Positions 50,101-59,727 of a DNA stretch of 64,000 nucleotides are shown piece by piece. The stretch is from Desulfobia sp. (GTDB lineage Bacteria > Desulfobacterota > Desulfobulbia > Desulfobulbales > SURF-16), in contig JAWOFO010000040.1 in the NCBI GenBank assembly GCA_046497465.1, positions 26,715 through 90,714 of the forward strand. The letters run 5' to 3'. The translations under genes were made by a program, and so were the position numbers. The notes under the pieces were generated by a model. That model worked only from the letters and a program-made list of their open reading frames with translations, ran no database searches and was not told the origin of the DNA. Every line of letters starts with the position of its first letter. Positions within the stretch are counted from its first letter, which is position 1.

Positions 50101-50802
50101 TGCGGGCTGTGTGGCCTGGTACTGAATGGCACACTGTTATATCAGGACGGGCAGCTCCGGCTCCTGGAAATCAACGGCTCTACGCCGGACAACCAGACCA
50201 CATATTTTGAGAACACCCTGCCCTGTCTGGGCATCAAAGACAGTGCAATTAAGGGATCTTTCATAATCGACTTTTCTACGAAAAAAGAAAAAAACAAGTA
50301 CAGCAAGGGCGAAATCAACATTTATTCCGACAACGGCAAGATATTAAAATGGGGCCTGTTGGCCAAAATATTTCAGGTTGTTAATATAACCGAACTGGGC
50401 AACCTTTTAAAAGGCGGTGGTTTTAACTATGACAAGCTTACCGGCAAAGGCCATATCAGTAACAATAAACTGATTATGGACAAGGCCGAACTTAAAGGTC
50501 AAGGGCTTGACCTGCTCGCCCGGGGAGAAATTGATCTTCAGAAGATGTCGATGGACGTAACTGTTTTTCTGGTACCCTTTAAAACCATTGACGCAATACT
50601 CCACAACATACCGCTGGTCGGCAGACTTATCCAGGGAAGAGGAGGACACATTATCACTATTCCCATAGGGGTGAAAGGAGACCTGACAAATCCGGCTGTT
50701 ACCAACCTGCCACCTAAAGCAGTCGGACAAGGGGCAATAAACTTTATCATGGACACCATATCCTTTCCTCTGGACATTATACCTGGTCAGACAAAAGAAT
50801 AA
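47164..50802 (+). CDS. AsmA/YhdP-like giant envelope protein (N-terminal TM anchor, AsmA-like C-terminal region)
   Basis: 1212 aa. It has an N-terminal TM helix (LLLPVLLTGLLLIIIIIMVGIPYL) and long predicted beta-rich repeats. The C-terminal block, FNYDKLTGKGHISNNKLIMDKAELKGQGLDLLARGEIDL...PIGVKGDLTNPAV, is typical of AsmA/YhdP family tails. Confidence 0.65.
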   Translation: MKKHHLLLPVLLTGLLLIIIIIMVGIPYLVSKDSTRQAVTEKIKKTYNIKLKTDNLQWSWLPVPHLESYGSRLTYQQGLTCNLHQLKVYPDWKSIFSGRIQARRIEIQQPHFIIKPTLFRQGLPEIPRLPVTDIIMQKASLRLDSPVVNNFPALTLDLSRGEFKLKHSVARLYLSIEAVTSCSEKVFLKGWYNPLTRHYSVSASLKNFHLHKLISFSSGPFSPLASEVDMEWSCSGALGSGFEVSFRGNLPAFTLRRGEEQSPPDTRQTGIRFRKADFDFKKNRQGIFFKARDISLAKPVLSLAGRVNRLTAEKKPVYQLDLRGRKIDLKGVRRSLLNMLDDNKITRQVCDIVRGGKAAEATYKFKGPASDFKNLENMRISVDVDTSEIRVPGTNLDLDQTKGPILIENGELTGEGLETSLGNSSGSNARLALGLTPDNDLFKLEIDLDADIAELPDILHHLIEKQLFRQEVKKFKGRGQARAHLSIGNSLTDFQTRVDLKDGTGATINYDRLDQPITFKNGLIKVVNQEIKVRDCTIQIGHHHFSDISGAVFWTNGKPRMDIGKLEAEIDATDFLNYLRRYSKIKNTIDPHLESIEGRVGITGSKLSGPFASPEKWDYLLNLQLKDTGIVTPHLAGRVDIKKARVQLKKDQITLDNTDLIYRQSPISMKARLNHELFEKWQGYLELSGTLEPLLAEWLKDKKGLPPSLLPLTPCQFDNFRINLEPDKLGLKGAISREDRNKEIVRMDMELEKKKSDIKKLYIQYTTATDRAAFNLQKHPDQGRISLSWQGSLQADTLTALFKKPPFTKAGLQGDFQAVFSPETGNVEAEGYLKIRNLQWRSYLPGTIIKKLTIKGKGPLIKIEDLDFDYHGEEAEINGTIDTRDRQPVISLFLSSDFLSRKNIAEFAEEALPLWEKASRIFSQGGSEVKPSYKIYLNCETFLFSAPENKKGWEGDLRLTPLKGRIHSDEQDIELNLQDCGLCGLVLNGTLLYQDGQLRLLEINGSTPDNQTTYFENTLPCLGIKDSAIKGSFIIDFSTKKEKNKYSKGEINIYSDNGKILKWGLLAKIFQVVNITELGNLLKGGGFNYDKLTGKGHISNNKLIMDKAELKGQGLDLLARGEIDLQKMSMDVTVFLVPFKTIDAILHNIPLVGRLIQGRGGHIITIPIGVKGDLTNPAVTNLPPKAVGQGAINFIMDTISFPLDIIPGQTKE

Positions 50803-50847
50803 AAACAACATGTTAAACACAGTAGACAATCAAGGGGCATATAAATT

Positions 50848-51063
50848 ATGATTTTGAAAATAACAGGACTTATCTTAGCAGTAATCGGCGGAATTGTAAG
50901 CATTGTTTTCTGGATACCCGGACTCATCAACAAACAGCGCCTTAAAGAGATTATGGGCAAAAGTTATGGTCTGGTCTACTTCATTTATTTTACCAACGGT
51001 CCCTTTCTATTATTTATCGGCCTGCTGTTAATGCTTTACCTCAGCAACCTGCAACACCCTTAG
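50848..51063 (+). CDS. Small hydrophobic membrane protein (unknown function)
   Basis: 71 aa with two clear hydrophobic helices. A possible weak SD-like AAGGGG lies ~12 nt upstream of the ATG. I recognise no family. Confidence 0.4.
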   Translation: MILKITGLILAVIGGIVSIVFWIPGLINKQRLKEIMGKSYGLVYFIYFTNGPFLLFIGLLLMLYLSNLQHP

Positions 51064-51137
51064 CTGCAGATTACTGATCATGAATCCTGAGCCCGGCATT
51101 ACCTGCCAGGGCCGGTCGCTCAAAAAACAAATTTCTG

Positions 51138-52028
51138 TCACCCTCCTCTGTCCCCTATCATCTGCAGCAGGAGATCCGGCCGGTCGGTGATGATCCCGTC
51201 CACCCCCATCTCCAGGTACCTCGCCATGTCCTCTTCCCTGTTCACGGTCCAGACCTGAACCAGAAGCCCCTTGTTCCGAGCCCGGCGCATGAATTCCGGA
51301 GTGGCCAGCTCAAAGGGGCCGGATCGTTCCGGGATCTGCAGCACCTGGAACTCCGGACTATAAAGCCAGGCTAAATGGAGCCGGTGAAGAATATAGAACC
51401 AGCGCACTTCGCTCTTGGAAGCCCCGGTAACAGCCCGGGGCAGTTCCCGGCGCAGACGGTCCAGGACACCCCTATGGAATGAAGAGACCACGGTCCTGTC
51501 CAGCCGCTCGAACTCCAGAAGCATCTCTGCCAGGATTCCCGCGATCTCCGGCTGGTCGGGTTTTATCTCTATACACAGCAGGGTCCGGGGAAATTCCTGC
51601 AGGACTTCCCGCAGGGCGGGGATTTCAAGGCCCCGTCCCCGCCAGGGATATTCACCGGGCCGGTCAGGGCAGGTAAAACTGTATCCCGCATCCAGGCTCT
51701 TGAGTTCCTTCAAATCCATCTCCGCTACCCGGCCTCGGCCCCGGGTGGTCCTCTCCACCGTGAAATCGTGGATAACCACCAGTTCCCCATCCCGGCTCAT
51801 GTGCACATCCAGCTCCAGGCCCTGCACACCCAGCTCCAGAGCGTGCTTAAAGGCGGGCATGGTATTTTCCGGCCTGAGACGGGAACCACCCCGGTGGGCG
51901 ATCACCGTAGTACCCAGGTCTTCGGTGAAAGCGGCAGAGCCCTGCCGATCCGGAACCTTCCCGCAACAGGAAATCATCAGTATGGTCAAGCCGGACAGAA
52001 CCAGTCTCTGGCAGGGCGTCTTGTTCAT
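51138..52028 (-). CDS. Glycerophosphodiester phosphodiesterase (GDPD family), probable lipoprotein
   Basis: 296 aa. Contains VIAHRGGS...PENTMPAFKHALELGVQGLELDVHMSRDGELVVIHD and an N-terminal lipobox-like LMISCCG. Confidence 0.85.
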   Translation of the reverse strand: MNKTPCQRLVLSGLTILMISCCGKVPDRQGSAAFTEDLGTTVIAHRGGSRLRPENTMPAFKHALELGVQGLELDVHMSRDGELVVIHDFTVERTTRGRGRVAEMDLKELKSLDAGYSFTCPDRPGEYPWRGRGLEIPALREVLQEFPRTLLCIEIKPDQPEIAGILAEMLLEFERLDRTVVSSFHRGVLDRLRRELPRAVTGASKSEVRWFYILHRLHLAWLYSPEFQVLQIPERSGPFELATPEFMRRARNKGLLVQVWTVNREEDMARYLEMGVDGIITDRPDLLLQMIGDRGG

Positions 52029-52503
52029 GGCTCGTTTCTCTCTTACCGGAAAGCCATTGAATGACCTTCTAATTTATCTGCAGCTATTTTCAACCCCGCT
52101 TGAATTGCTCATTGATCCGCTGCGAAGCACAGTCCGGCAAAAGCGGCCTTGGCATCCCCGTCTTTTTCATACCAGAGCGAGGACGAACCTTTTTCGAACT
52201 TAGTGGTACGCTCGATCTCCGAAAGGAAAATGGCCTGTCCATCCAGCATAGGATAAGGCTCGGCTGCCTCCACCAACCGTGCTCCGCCATGATGCTGTTT
52301 TTTACCTCTATTCCTTTTAAAGGCATTGCCCTGGTAATGATATCTGAATTGTCTCTGGCCAGTAAATTCATGTAATTATCCTGAAGAGTAAAAATTAGGA
52401 TCATCCGGATAATGAAGTACCTGGAATAAAAATAATTGAAAAAGGACATGGCAAGAGACATTGTTTATTGTCAAAGCAAACAACTTAAAAGGAGATCTCT
52501 GCC

Positions 52504-53082
52504 ATGTCCACGTCAATATTGTACCATGCTTCCAATCTCAAAGGTATTGAATTTGAATCAGCAAATTACCTGGGCAATGCTATTATCTTTTCAGCGGCAA
52601 TGACTGATAAATTCACCAAATGCCCAGTTTGCGGCTGCCGCTATGCTACTTACAAAGGCAATAAAACTCGGTGGCTTAAAATAGGGCCTCTTGGCAGAAA
52701 ACAGGCTCTCTTAAAATTATTACTACATCGCCTGCAGTGCATTGATTGTAAAAAAAATCTGGTGGCCGAAATTACCATTTATGGCCGGCAAACATCGCTA
52801 TACCCGGTCCTTTGCCCTGATTGCTCTTGACCTTCTTCATTTTGGCACGATCAAAGATGTGGCTCAGTATCTCAACATTGGCCGGGACCTTATAAAAGAT
52901 ATCCATAAAACAAAACTCCAAAGCCTTTACCGCAAGATGCCAATAAATAAGATCAAATACCTGGGCATCGATGAGTTCGGCATTCACAAGGGCATAAGTA
53001 TATGACCATTTTTATTGATCTGCAGGAAGGCAGAATTATCCACGCTGTTGAAGGACGATCAAAATATAAATCAAGTTATTGA
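52504..53082 (+). mobile_element. ISL3-family transposase relic (frameshifted and 3'-truncated pseudogene)
   Basis: Three consecutive frames carry the pieces. First is the N-terminal zinc-finger region (KCPVCGC...LQCIDCKK). Second is RYTRSFALIALDLL...YLGIDEFGIHKG. Third is MTIFIDLQEGRIIHAVEGRSKY, followed by a stop. The order matches ISL3 transposases, but only about the first third of the protein is present. Confidence 0.7.
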
Positions 53083-53236
53083 TACCTTGCGCCGGTAACA
53101 ACATGGAAAAGGGGCTTCCGTATATGCTTTGGGGGAAGGCGGACGCCGACTGGGGTGCCTTTACGCTCACAGTTGACAGGGTGGAGGGCTTGCCGCGATT
53201 AAATTCATTGCGAGGTGAAAGTATAGAGAGATACGG

Positions 53237-54472
53237 TTATTCGTCAATGCATTGATTCTGGGTGGTTATAGCGTCCCAGATACGGTCGGCGGTCTCCTCT
53301 TTGGACAGAAGAGGAAGTTCCGTCACCTGCTCTTTACGGTCCACAAGTATCACTCTATTGGTATCTCCTGCAAAACCGGCGTCCTCAGCCAGGATATTGT
53401 TCACGACAACAAGATCAAGGCCCTTGCTGGCCAGCTTTCTTTTTCCCTCCTCTATAAGGTTGGCAGACTCCGCAGCAAAACCGATGAGTAATGCCCGGAT
53501 CCCGCCTTCTTTTTTCAGACTGCCGAGCCTGGCAAGAATATCCTGATTCACCTGCAGTTCCAGAGTATCAACCTTCTCTGACTTTTTTATCTTGTCAGCA
53601 GAGAAACTGCTGGGCCGAAAATCAGAGACAGCCGCCGCCTTGACAATAAAATCAGCCTCACTGCAGCGGCTCATAACCTCCTCATGCATCTCATCCGCCG
53701 TCCGGACAGGTACAAGCTTTACTCCCGGAGGACAGGAAAGACAGGTGGGCCCGCTGACCAGAATAACCTCCGCCCCCCGTCTCCAGGCAGTACGGGCCAG
53801 GGAATATCCCATCTTCCCGGAAGACCTGTTACTCAGGAAACGAACCGGATCAAGGGGTTCTTCCGTAGGACCGGCTGTAACCAGAGCGGATCTACCGGCC
53901 AGGTCCTGTCTGCTCATTGTTCTGGCCGCAATCTCCCGGATATCCCGCCATTCCGGCAGCCTGCCCGGACCTTCCCCGCCGCAGGCCATGGCCCCGTGTC
54001 CCGGTTGAACAACTTCGTAATTCCAGTCCTTGAGCCTCCCCATATTGAACTGGGTAGCGGGATGAATATACATATTACTGTTCATGGCAGGGCAGACTAT
54101 CACCTTGGCCCGGCTTGCCAGAATCACGGCAGAAATCAGATCATCGGCCAGACCGTGAGCCAGTCTGGCCATGGTATTGGCGGTTGCCGGAGCCACCAGG
54201 ATCAGGTCATGATCACGGGCCAGCTTGATATGAGGAATCTCGTGCGCCCCTTCTTCGGCAAAAATCTCTGAATAAACCCTGTTGCCGGAAAGGGCCGCAG
54301 GTGTATGAGGGGCGATAAATCGTCCCGCCGACCTGGTCATCAGGACCGTAACTTCTGCCCCTTCCTTTTTAAAAAGGCGAATCCAGTCGCATACTTTATA
54401 GGCGGCAATACCACCTGAGATACAAAGCAGAATTTTTCTGCCGTTAAACGCTAAAGGAGAACAAACCATCAA
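53237..54472 (-). CDS. coaBC: Bifunctional phosphopantothenoylcysteine decarboxylase / phosphopantothenate-cysteine ligase
   Basis: 411 aa. Flavoprotein N-domain: ILLCISGGIAAYK and PAMNSNMY. CoaB domain: VTAGPTEEPLDPVRFLSNRSSGKMG. Confidence 0.9.
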   Translation of the reverse strand: MMVCSPLAFNGRKILLCISGGIAAYKVCDWIRLFKKEGAEVTVLMTRSAGRFIAPHTPAALSGNRVYSEIFAEEGAHEIPHIKLARDHDLILVAPATANTMARLAHGLADDLISAVILASRAKVIVCPAMNSNMYIHPATQFNMGRLKDWNYEVVQPGHGAMACGGEGPGRLPEWRDIREIAARTMSRQDLAGRSALVTAGPTEEPLDPVRFLSNRSSGKMGYSLARTAWRRGAEVILVSGPTCLSCPPGVKLVPVRTADEMHEEVMSRCSEADFIVKAAAVSDFRPSSFSADKIKKSEKVDTLELQVNQDILARLGSLKKEGGIRALLIGFAAESANLIEEGKRKLASKGLDLVVVNNILAEDAGFAGDTNRVILVDRKEQVTELPLLSKEETADRIWDAITTQNQCIDE

Positions 54473-54939
54473 CTATTCTTTTCAGCAATGTAGAGGGTCA
54501 CCTGGATGCTGCGGCTAAAACCCGGGTCCACTATGGATATCATGCAGGTCTTGGATGGTTTGGTAAATATCAGCAGACTCTTCTTGGTCTTGACTGATCC
54601 AGAAAGAACCCAGCCCTGGCTGGGCATGGTATTTTCAAAAAAGGTGATCAGGGAATTGGTTTCGGCCCGGCCTGAAAAGTGAAGAACACCCCCATTAAAA
54701 TCCTTGGACTTGATATACATACTCTTATCCCTATCAAACTCCATGATATTTGGAATAAGTATCTCTTTAAAGTCCTTGGGATGGTATGGTGAGCTTGCCT
54801 CTTCAGACTCTGAAAGGGAAGCCTGTTTCATATCTCCGGAACTATTTGCACCAGTCAAAATGCCGCAACCCTGGCTGGCCAGTATTAAAAAAGTTGCGCC
54901 GCACACCGCAAGCACCTGTAGTACCTTTTTTCTTTTCAT
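54469..54939 (-). CDS. Lipoprotein of unknown function
   Basis: 156 aa with a signal peptide and lipobox (FLILASQGCG). Its stop overlaps the coaBC start by 4 nt. Confidence 0.55.
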   Translation of the reverse strand: MKRKKVLQVLAVCGATFLILASQGCGILTGANSSGDMKQASLSESEEASSPYHPKDFKEILIPNIMEFDRDKSMYIKSKDFNGGVLHFSGRAETNSLITFFENTMPSQGWVLSGSVKTKKSLLIFTKPSKTCMISIVDPGFSRSIQVTLYIAEKNS

Positions 54940-55001
54940 AGCTTATCTCTCCCTTTTAATTAAGTTGCTCTTCTCTTATTTTTTCCTTAATATAAGTTGT
55001 T

Positions 55002-55511
55002 TTATAAGGTTTTCAGAATAAACTGGTCAAGCTCCTTTCTTGTTGACTGTTGATTTCTATGTAAAGGATGACCGACAGCCACCACCGCCATAAGGTCATG
55101 GCGCTTATCTACTCCAAGGACCTTATTAACCTGATCCTTTTTGTTAAGAATCTCTCCCAGCCAGACAGCTCCCAAGCCCAAGGCCTCGGCGGCAAGCAGC
55201 ATATTCTGGATACAGGCCCCGACAGCCTGATGATCTTTAACCTCATCATACATCGCTTCCTGATCAACAAAAACAGCAACAAGGGCCTGGGCTGCCTGGA
55301 CAATATGACTGTAGTGCGTGGCAGTGCTGAGTTTCTCCTTGATTGCCGGATCCCCGATAATCACAAACCGCCAGGGTTGATTATTAAGTCCCGAAGGAGC
55401 CCAGGTCCCGGCTCTTACAATCTCGCGCAGGTTCCCTAAACCGACCTGCTCATCAGTATATTCCCTGATACTGCGCCGTCTATATATTGCCTCCAGAACA
55501 GGTTGTGACAT
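55002..55511 (-). CDS. Nitroreductase-family protein
   Basis: 169 aa. RRSIREYTDE, APSGLNNQPWRFVII and the overall size fit the nitroreductase fold. Confidence 0.8.
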   Translation of the reverse strand: MSQPVLEAIYRRRSIREYTDEQVGLGNLREIVRAGTWAPSGLNNQPWRFVIIGDPAIKEKLSTATHYSHIVQAAQALVAVFVDQEAMYDEVKDHQAVGACIQNMLLAAEALGLGAVWLGEILNKKDQVNKVLGVDKRHDLMAVVAVGHPLHRNQQSTRKELDQFILKTL

Positions 55512-55689
55512 AGGACTTTCCCTCTAAAAACAGGATGAGCAATAAAAGTGTCAAACGGCACCAATAGGTGCCAGCCACAAACAACTTAATTTCCAATTTC
55601 TAATAAAGGATCTATTATGGTAATATATATATGATCAAAAATATCCAATAAACAGAATTCAGGCTAACCTTACACCAAAAACTCTATAA

Positions 55690-56514
55690 ATGTCAAAAAA
55701 GAAAAAAAGAGAGCCCCTGCCTATTTTAAGCAATGGATATTCACTGGTTGACACCCACTGTCATCTGGACATGAAGCCCTTTAAGCCCGACCTGGATAAG
55801 GTGATATCCCGGGCGGCTAAAGCGGGGGTTACAAAGATAATCACCATTGGTATTGATCCGGCCAGTTCCCGCAAGGCAGTGGAGCTGGCTGGCCAATACT
55901 CAGGGGTCTATGCCTCTATCGGGATTCATCCTCACCATGCCGGGGACTTCAGCCCGGAAATAGCGGATACCTTCAAGGTCCTGGCCCAAAACAGCAAGGT
56001 AATAGGGTACGGAGAGATAGGGATGGATCTGGTTAAAAATTACTCTCCTGAAAATGTTCAGAAAAAAGCCTTTGAGAAACAGATAAAACTGGCTACCGAA
56101 CTCGGACTGCCAATCATTATTCATGACCGGGAAACCCATGAAATCATCTACAACACACTTAAAGAAAGATCACCATTACCGGCCGGGGGCATAATCCACT
56201 GTTATTCAGGTGATGCTGCCTGGGCTGAAAAATTCATGGAACTCGGCTTCTTCATCTCCATCCCTGGAGTAGTAACCTTTAAAAAGGCTGAAGATCTTCG
56301 GGAAGCTGTTCGCCAGATTCCCCTTTCTTGCCTGCTGGTGGAAACCGACGGCCCTTTTCTCGCTCCCGAGCCTTATCGGGACAAGCGTAACGAACCGGTA
56401 TACGTCCTGTATACCGCCCGGAAAGTTGCGGAAATAAAGGGGATCACCCTTGAAGAGGTGGCTGAAATCACTACAGCCAACGCCCATAAACTTTTTAAAC
56501 TGGACCATAACTAA
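55690..56514 (+). CDS. tatD: TatD-family metal-dependent hydrolase
   Basis: 274 aa. Contains VDTHCHLD, GEIGMD, IIHDRE, IHCYSGD and VETDGPFL, the TatD metal-ligand motifs. Confidence 0.9.
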   Translation: MSKKKKREPLPILSNGYSLVDTHCHLDMKPFKPDLDKVISRAAKAGVTKIITIGIDPASSRKAVELAGQYSGVYASIGIHPHHAGDFSPEIADTFKVLAQNSKVIGYGEIGMDLVKNYSPENVQKKAFEKQIKLATELGLPIIIHDRETHEIIYNTLKERSPLPAGGIIHCYSGDAAWAEKFMELGFFISIPGVVTFKKAEDLREAVRQIPLSCLLVETDGPFLAPEPYRDKRNEPVYVLYTARKVAEIKGITLEEVAEITTANAHKLFKLDHN

Positions 56515-56551
56515 ATTCAAGTTATGATGAAAGACTTACAGCCCAATCAAA

Positions 56552-57250
56552 ATGGAAAATATCCAAAAAAATCTCCGATCGATACAGCAAAGAATAAATA
56601 AAGCCGCGGAAAGATCGGGACATGATCCAGGCTCCATTCGCCTGGTGGCGGTCAGCAAGAGGCATGATTCAGAAGCGGTACAACGGGCCCTGGAGGCAGG
56701 ACAACTTGTTTTCGGGGAAAACTACCTCCAGGAAGCCAGGGAAAAAATCGAAAAAATCGGGCCGGAACCCGGCCTCAAATGGCACTTTATCGGTCACCTC
56801 CAGTCCAACAAGGCCAAACAGGCCGCTCTTCTCTTTGATATGATAGAAACGGTAGACCGCTTGAAACTGGCCAAGGCCCTGGACCGTTATGCCGGTGAGG
56901 CCGGCCGCAAGCTGTCTATACTCGTCCAGATTAATATCGGCGGGGAAGAACAGAAAGCCGGGGTCAGTCCGCAGGAGGCAGAGCAGCTCATCAGCAATAT
57001 CAGTGAATATCCCAACCTCCGAATCCAGGGACTCATGACCATGCCGCCCTGGCGCAGTGACCCTGAAGAAGTCCGGCCCTGGTTCAGGAAACTGAGACTG
57101 ATGGCCGAAGACTTCCGCAGTAAAGGCTGCCTTGCTGAAAAAGACAAGCTGGAACTTTCCATGGGAATGAGTCACGATTTCGAAACAGCCATTGAGGAAG
57201 GGGCCACTCTGGTACGGGTAGGAACAGCTATTTTTGGCCCTCGTCCCTGA
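56552..57250 (+). CDS. yggS: YggS-family pyridoxal-phosphate homeostasis protein
   Basis: 232 aa. Contains LVAVSKRH (PLP lysine), FGENYLQE, WHFIGHLQSNK and LSMGMSHDFE. Confidence 0.9.
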   Translation: MENIQKNLRSIQQRINKAAERSGHDPGSIRLVAVSKRHDSEAVQRALEAGQLVFGENYLQEAREKIEKIGPEPGLKWHFIGHLQSNKAKQAALLFDMIETVDRLKLAKALDRYAGEAGRKLSILVQINIGGEEQKAGVSPQEAEQLISNISEYPNLRIQGLMTMPPWRSDPEEVRPWFRKLRLMAEDFRSKGCLAEKDKLELSMGMSHDFETAIEEGATLVRVGTAIFGPRP

Positions 57251-57261
57251 ATCTCAAGAGA

Positions 57262-58923
57262 TTACGAATCACCGGCAAGCCTGTCAGCACCCTTTTTCAG
57301 ACAGTAAACTACCAGTCCGGATGACAACAACAGAGAGAAAACAGCCCAGCATATGAGCCCCATGATTTCGTAACCGACCAGCGCCTCGCCGGTCAGCCAT
57401 TTCCTGGTAACCAGATAAGAGGGATAGGCTCCGGTCAGAAGCACAGTCCCCTCCAGGGTAAGCGAGGTCAACAGGAAAGCAAGCGCGCCCCAGCCGCCGA
57501 TGGCGGCAGCCTTGCTCTCTGCTTTAAAATCAGCATATAGGGCGCCAAACCCCAGGGCGAGGGCAGTTATTATCGGGATCAACACCGTAACAGTTAATAC
57601 TGAGATCCACCAAATAGGCCCCTGTATCTCTAAAAGATAATCAGAAACCAGGACCAGGATCAGGGCCAACAGGGTCAGAGGTATACTGTAAAAGATAAAC
57701 TTCATCAGCATAAACCGGCTTACGCTCAAAGGGGAAGAACGGATAAGGAAAAAGGCACCCGTTTCCGCACCGATAGAAGGAAAAACAAACCTGGCGGCCA
57801 GGGAGGTGATGATAAAACCGGTAAGCCCGATATTAAGGAAGGAGATCAGGTTGGTAAGATATTCTTCATCCCAGAAGCCGCGATCCACCGGCAGCACCTT
57901 GAAATTATAGAGATAGACCACTACCAGGGCCCCGATCATAAAAAGCTGGGACCATTCAGAGGAATCACGCAAAAAGGTCTTGAACTCTTTCTTAAGCAGC
58001 CATCTACTGACAGAAGGCAGATATCTATGCCTGCCCCCGAACTTCCTGTAACCGCCAAACGACTCCTGAGCCTTGGAATAGCCGGAGAAAAACAGGGCCT
58101 CCATCAACCATTCCCCACAGAAAAAGAGACTAAGAGGGGTAACAGCCAGAAGGGCCAGCAAAAGCCAATCTATCTCCCTCAGCCTGAGGTAAAGAGCCAG
58201 GAAATCAGCCGCCCATCCTCCAGGCACAAAAGGTCCGGCCGGGCCGGAAATACCAGAGAGATAGTTGATAAAGTTGCCGAAACTCTCGGGATTGGCAAGT
58301 TCTTCAGGCCTGATCAGGCGGATGATTACATACAGAAATATCGCAAAACAAAGAGACAGATAAAAGACAATATCCTTGGTATTTCTGGCCGGAAAGAAAT
58401 TAACCAGAATAATGATAATAATCAGGCCCATTCCTACGGCAGTGAGGGCAACAGCCACCAGGGCAAAAAACATGAAAGGCAGGTAGAGTACCCCGCCCCT
58501 GAAAATCTGGCCAAAAGCGATGAACACCGGCAGGGAAAAAAGGACCATCATCCAGGAGGTCTGGGCGGTAATGGTAATAAAGCGCATGAAATAAAGAAAT
58601 CCCGGGGGCACGGGAGCGCTGAAGACGATCTCGTTGTCCTGGGAAAGAAAAAGGGCGGAGACAGCTGATACCATACAGGAAAAAACCAACATGGCAAAGA
58701 TGATTATCCAGGCCGTCTGAAATATCTTGAAACTCAGAATAATCCCCAGCTGGCTCTGGCTGTGAAAATAACCCACGGTTTTAAGGGACACCAGGTAGAT
58801 GATAACACAGAGGACAAGACAGAAAACCGACACGGCAAGAGCCTTCAGGGGCGGCCTGCCCTCTCCGGGGAAAAAACGGTTACGAAGCGAATACCAGAAG
58901 GGTTTAAGGAGGATCAGCCGCAT
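57262..58923 (-). CDS. Polytopic membrane protein, putative ABC exporter permease
   Basis: 553 aa with at least 10 hydrophobic segments. It lies 3 nt downstream of the ABC ATPase gene. Confidence 0.6.
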   Translation of the reverse strand: MRLILLKPFWYSLRNRFFPGEGRPPLKALAVSVFCLVLCVIIYLVSLKTVGYFHSQSQLGIILSFKIFQTAWIIIFAMLVFSCMVSAVSALFLSQDNEIVFSAPVPPGFLYFMRFITITAQTSWMMVLFSLPVFIAFGQIFRGGVLYLPFMFFALVAVALTAVGMGLIIIIILVNFFPARNTKDIVFYLSLCFAIFLYVIIRLIRPEELANPESFGNFINYLSGISGPAGPFVPGGWAADFLALYLRLREIDWLLLALLAVTPLSLFFCGEWLMEALFFSGYSKAQESFGGYRKFGGRHRYLPSVSRWLLKKEFKTFLRDSSEWSQLFMIGALVVVYLYNFKVLPVDRGFWDEEYLTNLISFLNIGLTGFIITSLAARFVFPSIGAETGAFFLIRSSPLSVSRFMLMKFIFYSIPLTLLALILVLVSDYLLEIQGPIWWISVLTVTVLIPIITALALGFGALYADFKAESKAAAIGGWGALAFLLTSLTLEGTVLLTGAYPSYLVTRKWLTGEALVGYEIMGLICWAVFSLLLSSGLVVYCLKKGADRLAGDS

Positions 58924-58926
58924 ATA

Positions 58927-59709
58927 TCAATCATCCCGCAGAGACTTGATTATTTCACTGAGTTCAGGCGTACCGGTTAACTGAAGAAAAATTTCCTCCA
59001 GCCCGGTATCGTGCAGCCGGGCCTCCTGACGCAGGGCATCAAGGGTTCCCTGTGCCCTGATACCTCCCTTGAGAATAATAGCTATATAATCACAGAGTTC
59101 CTCGGCAATCTCAAGAGAATGGGTAGAAAGAAAGATACCGCCGCCCCGCCTGGCATGCTCCCGGAAAAGTTCCTTGACAATCCTGGCGCTTTTAGGGTCA
59201 AGTCCCACCATCGGTTCATCTACAATGATCAGGGACGGATCAGGCAGAAAAGCGGCGGTTATGATCAGCTTCTGGCACATGCCGTGGGAAAAGCTTTCAA
59301 TAAGATGATAACGCCACTCCTCTAGATCAAAGAGTCCCAAGAGCCGATTACTCTGTTCATAATACCTTTTTTCCGACACTCCATAAAGGCTGGCCATGAA
59401 CTGGAGGAATTCCTCGCCGGTCAGTTTTTCATAGAGATAGGGCCGGTCCGGAATATAACCGGTTTTCTGCTTGCAGCGGGCGGGCTCAAGGGCCAGATCG
59501 TGCCCGGAAATCCTGACCGAGCCACTGTTCGGCTTCAAAAGTCCGGCCACCATTTTGATGGTTGTGGTCTTACCAGCTCCATTCGGTCCCAGGAAACCGA
59601 CAATCTGCCCGGATTTTACTGAGAGGTTAATCCGATCAACCGCCTGAAAAGTACCGAATTGTTTACTGAGCCCCTGAATGCTGAGGATATCCTGTTCCCT
59701 GACCGTCAT
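58927..59709 (-). CDS. ABC transporter ATP-binding protein
   Basis: The ORF track starts at TTG 59727, and the ATG at 59709 gives MTVREQDILSIQGL. Walker A is GPNGAGKTT, a signature-like SHGMCQKL is present, and Walker B is LIIVDEP. Confidence 0.9.
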   Translation of the reverse strand: MTVREQDILSIQGLSKQFGTFQAVDRINLSVKSGQIVGFLGPNGAGKTTTIKMVAGLLKPNSGSVRISGHDLALEPARCKQKTGYIPDRPYLYEKLTGEEFLQFMASLYGVSEKRYYEQSNRLLGLFDLEEWRYHLIESFSHGMCQKLIITAAFLPDPSLIIVDEPMVGLDPKSARIVKELFREHARRGGGIFLSTHSLEIAEELCDYIAIILKGGIRAQGTLDALRQEARLHDTGLEEIFLQLTGTPELSEIIKSLRDD

Positions 59710-59727
59710 TTTATCTTGTATTCTCAA

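Noticed and set aside
52090-52461. A 123-aa minus-strand ORF from the track.
   Set aside because: Its translation is not protein-like (W/R/S/P-rich with no motifs). A different frame of the same region looks more like a gene remnant, so I treat it as part of a decay zone rather than a gene.
55557-55572. GGCACC-AATA-GGTGCC palindrome in the nitroreductase/tatD divergent region, considered as a sigma54 -24/-12 element or an operator.
   Set aside because: The GG-to-GC spacing is one nt longer than the TGGCACG-N4-TTGC consensus, and neither flanking gene is an expected sigma54 target. It may be a transcription-factor site, but a single hairpin is not enough evidence.
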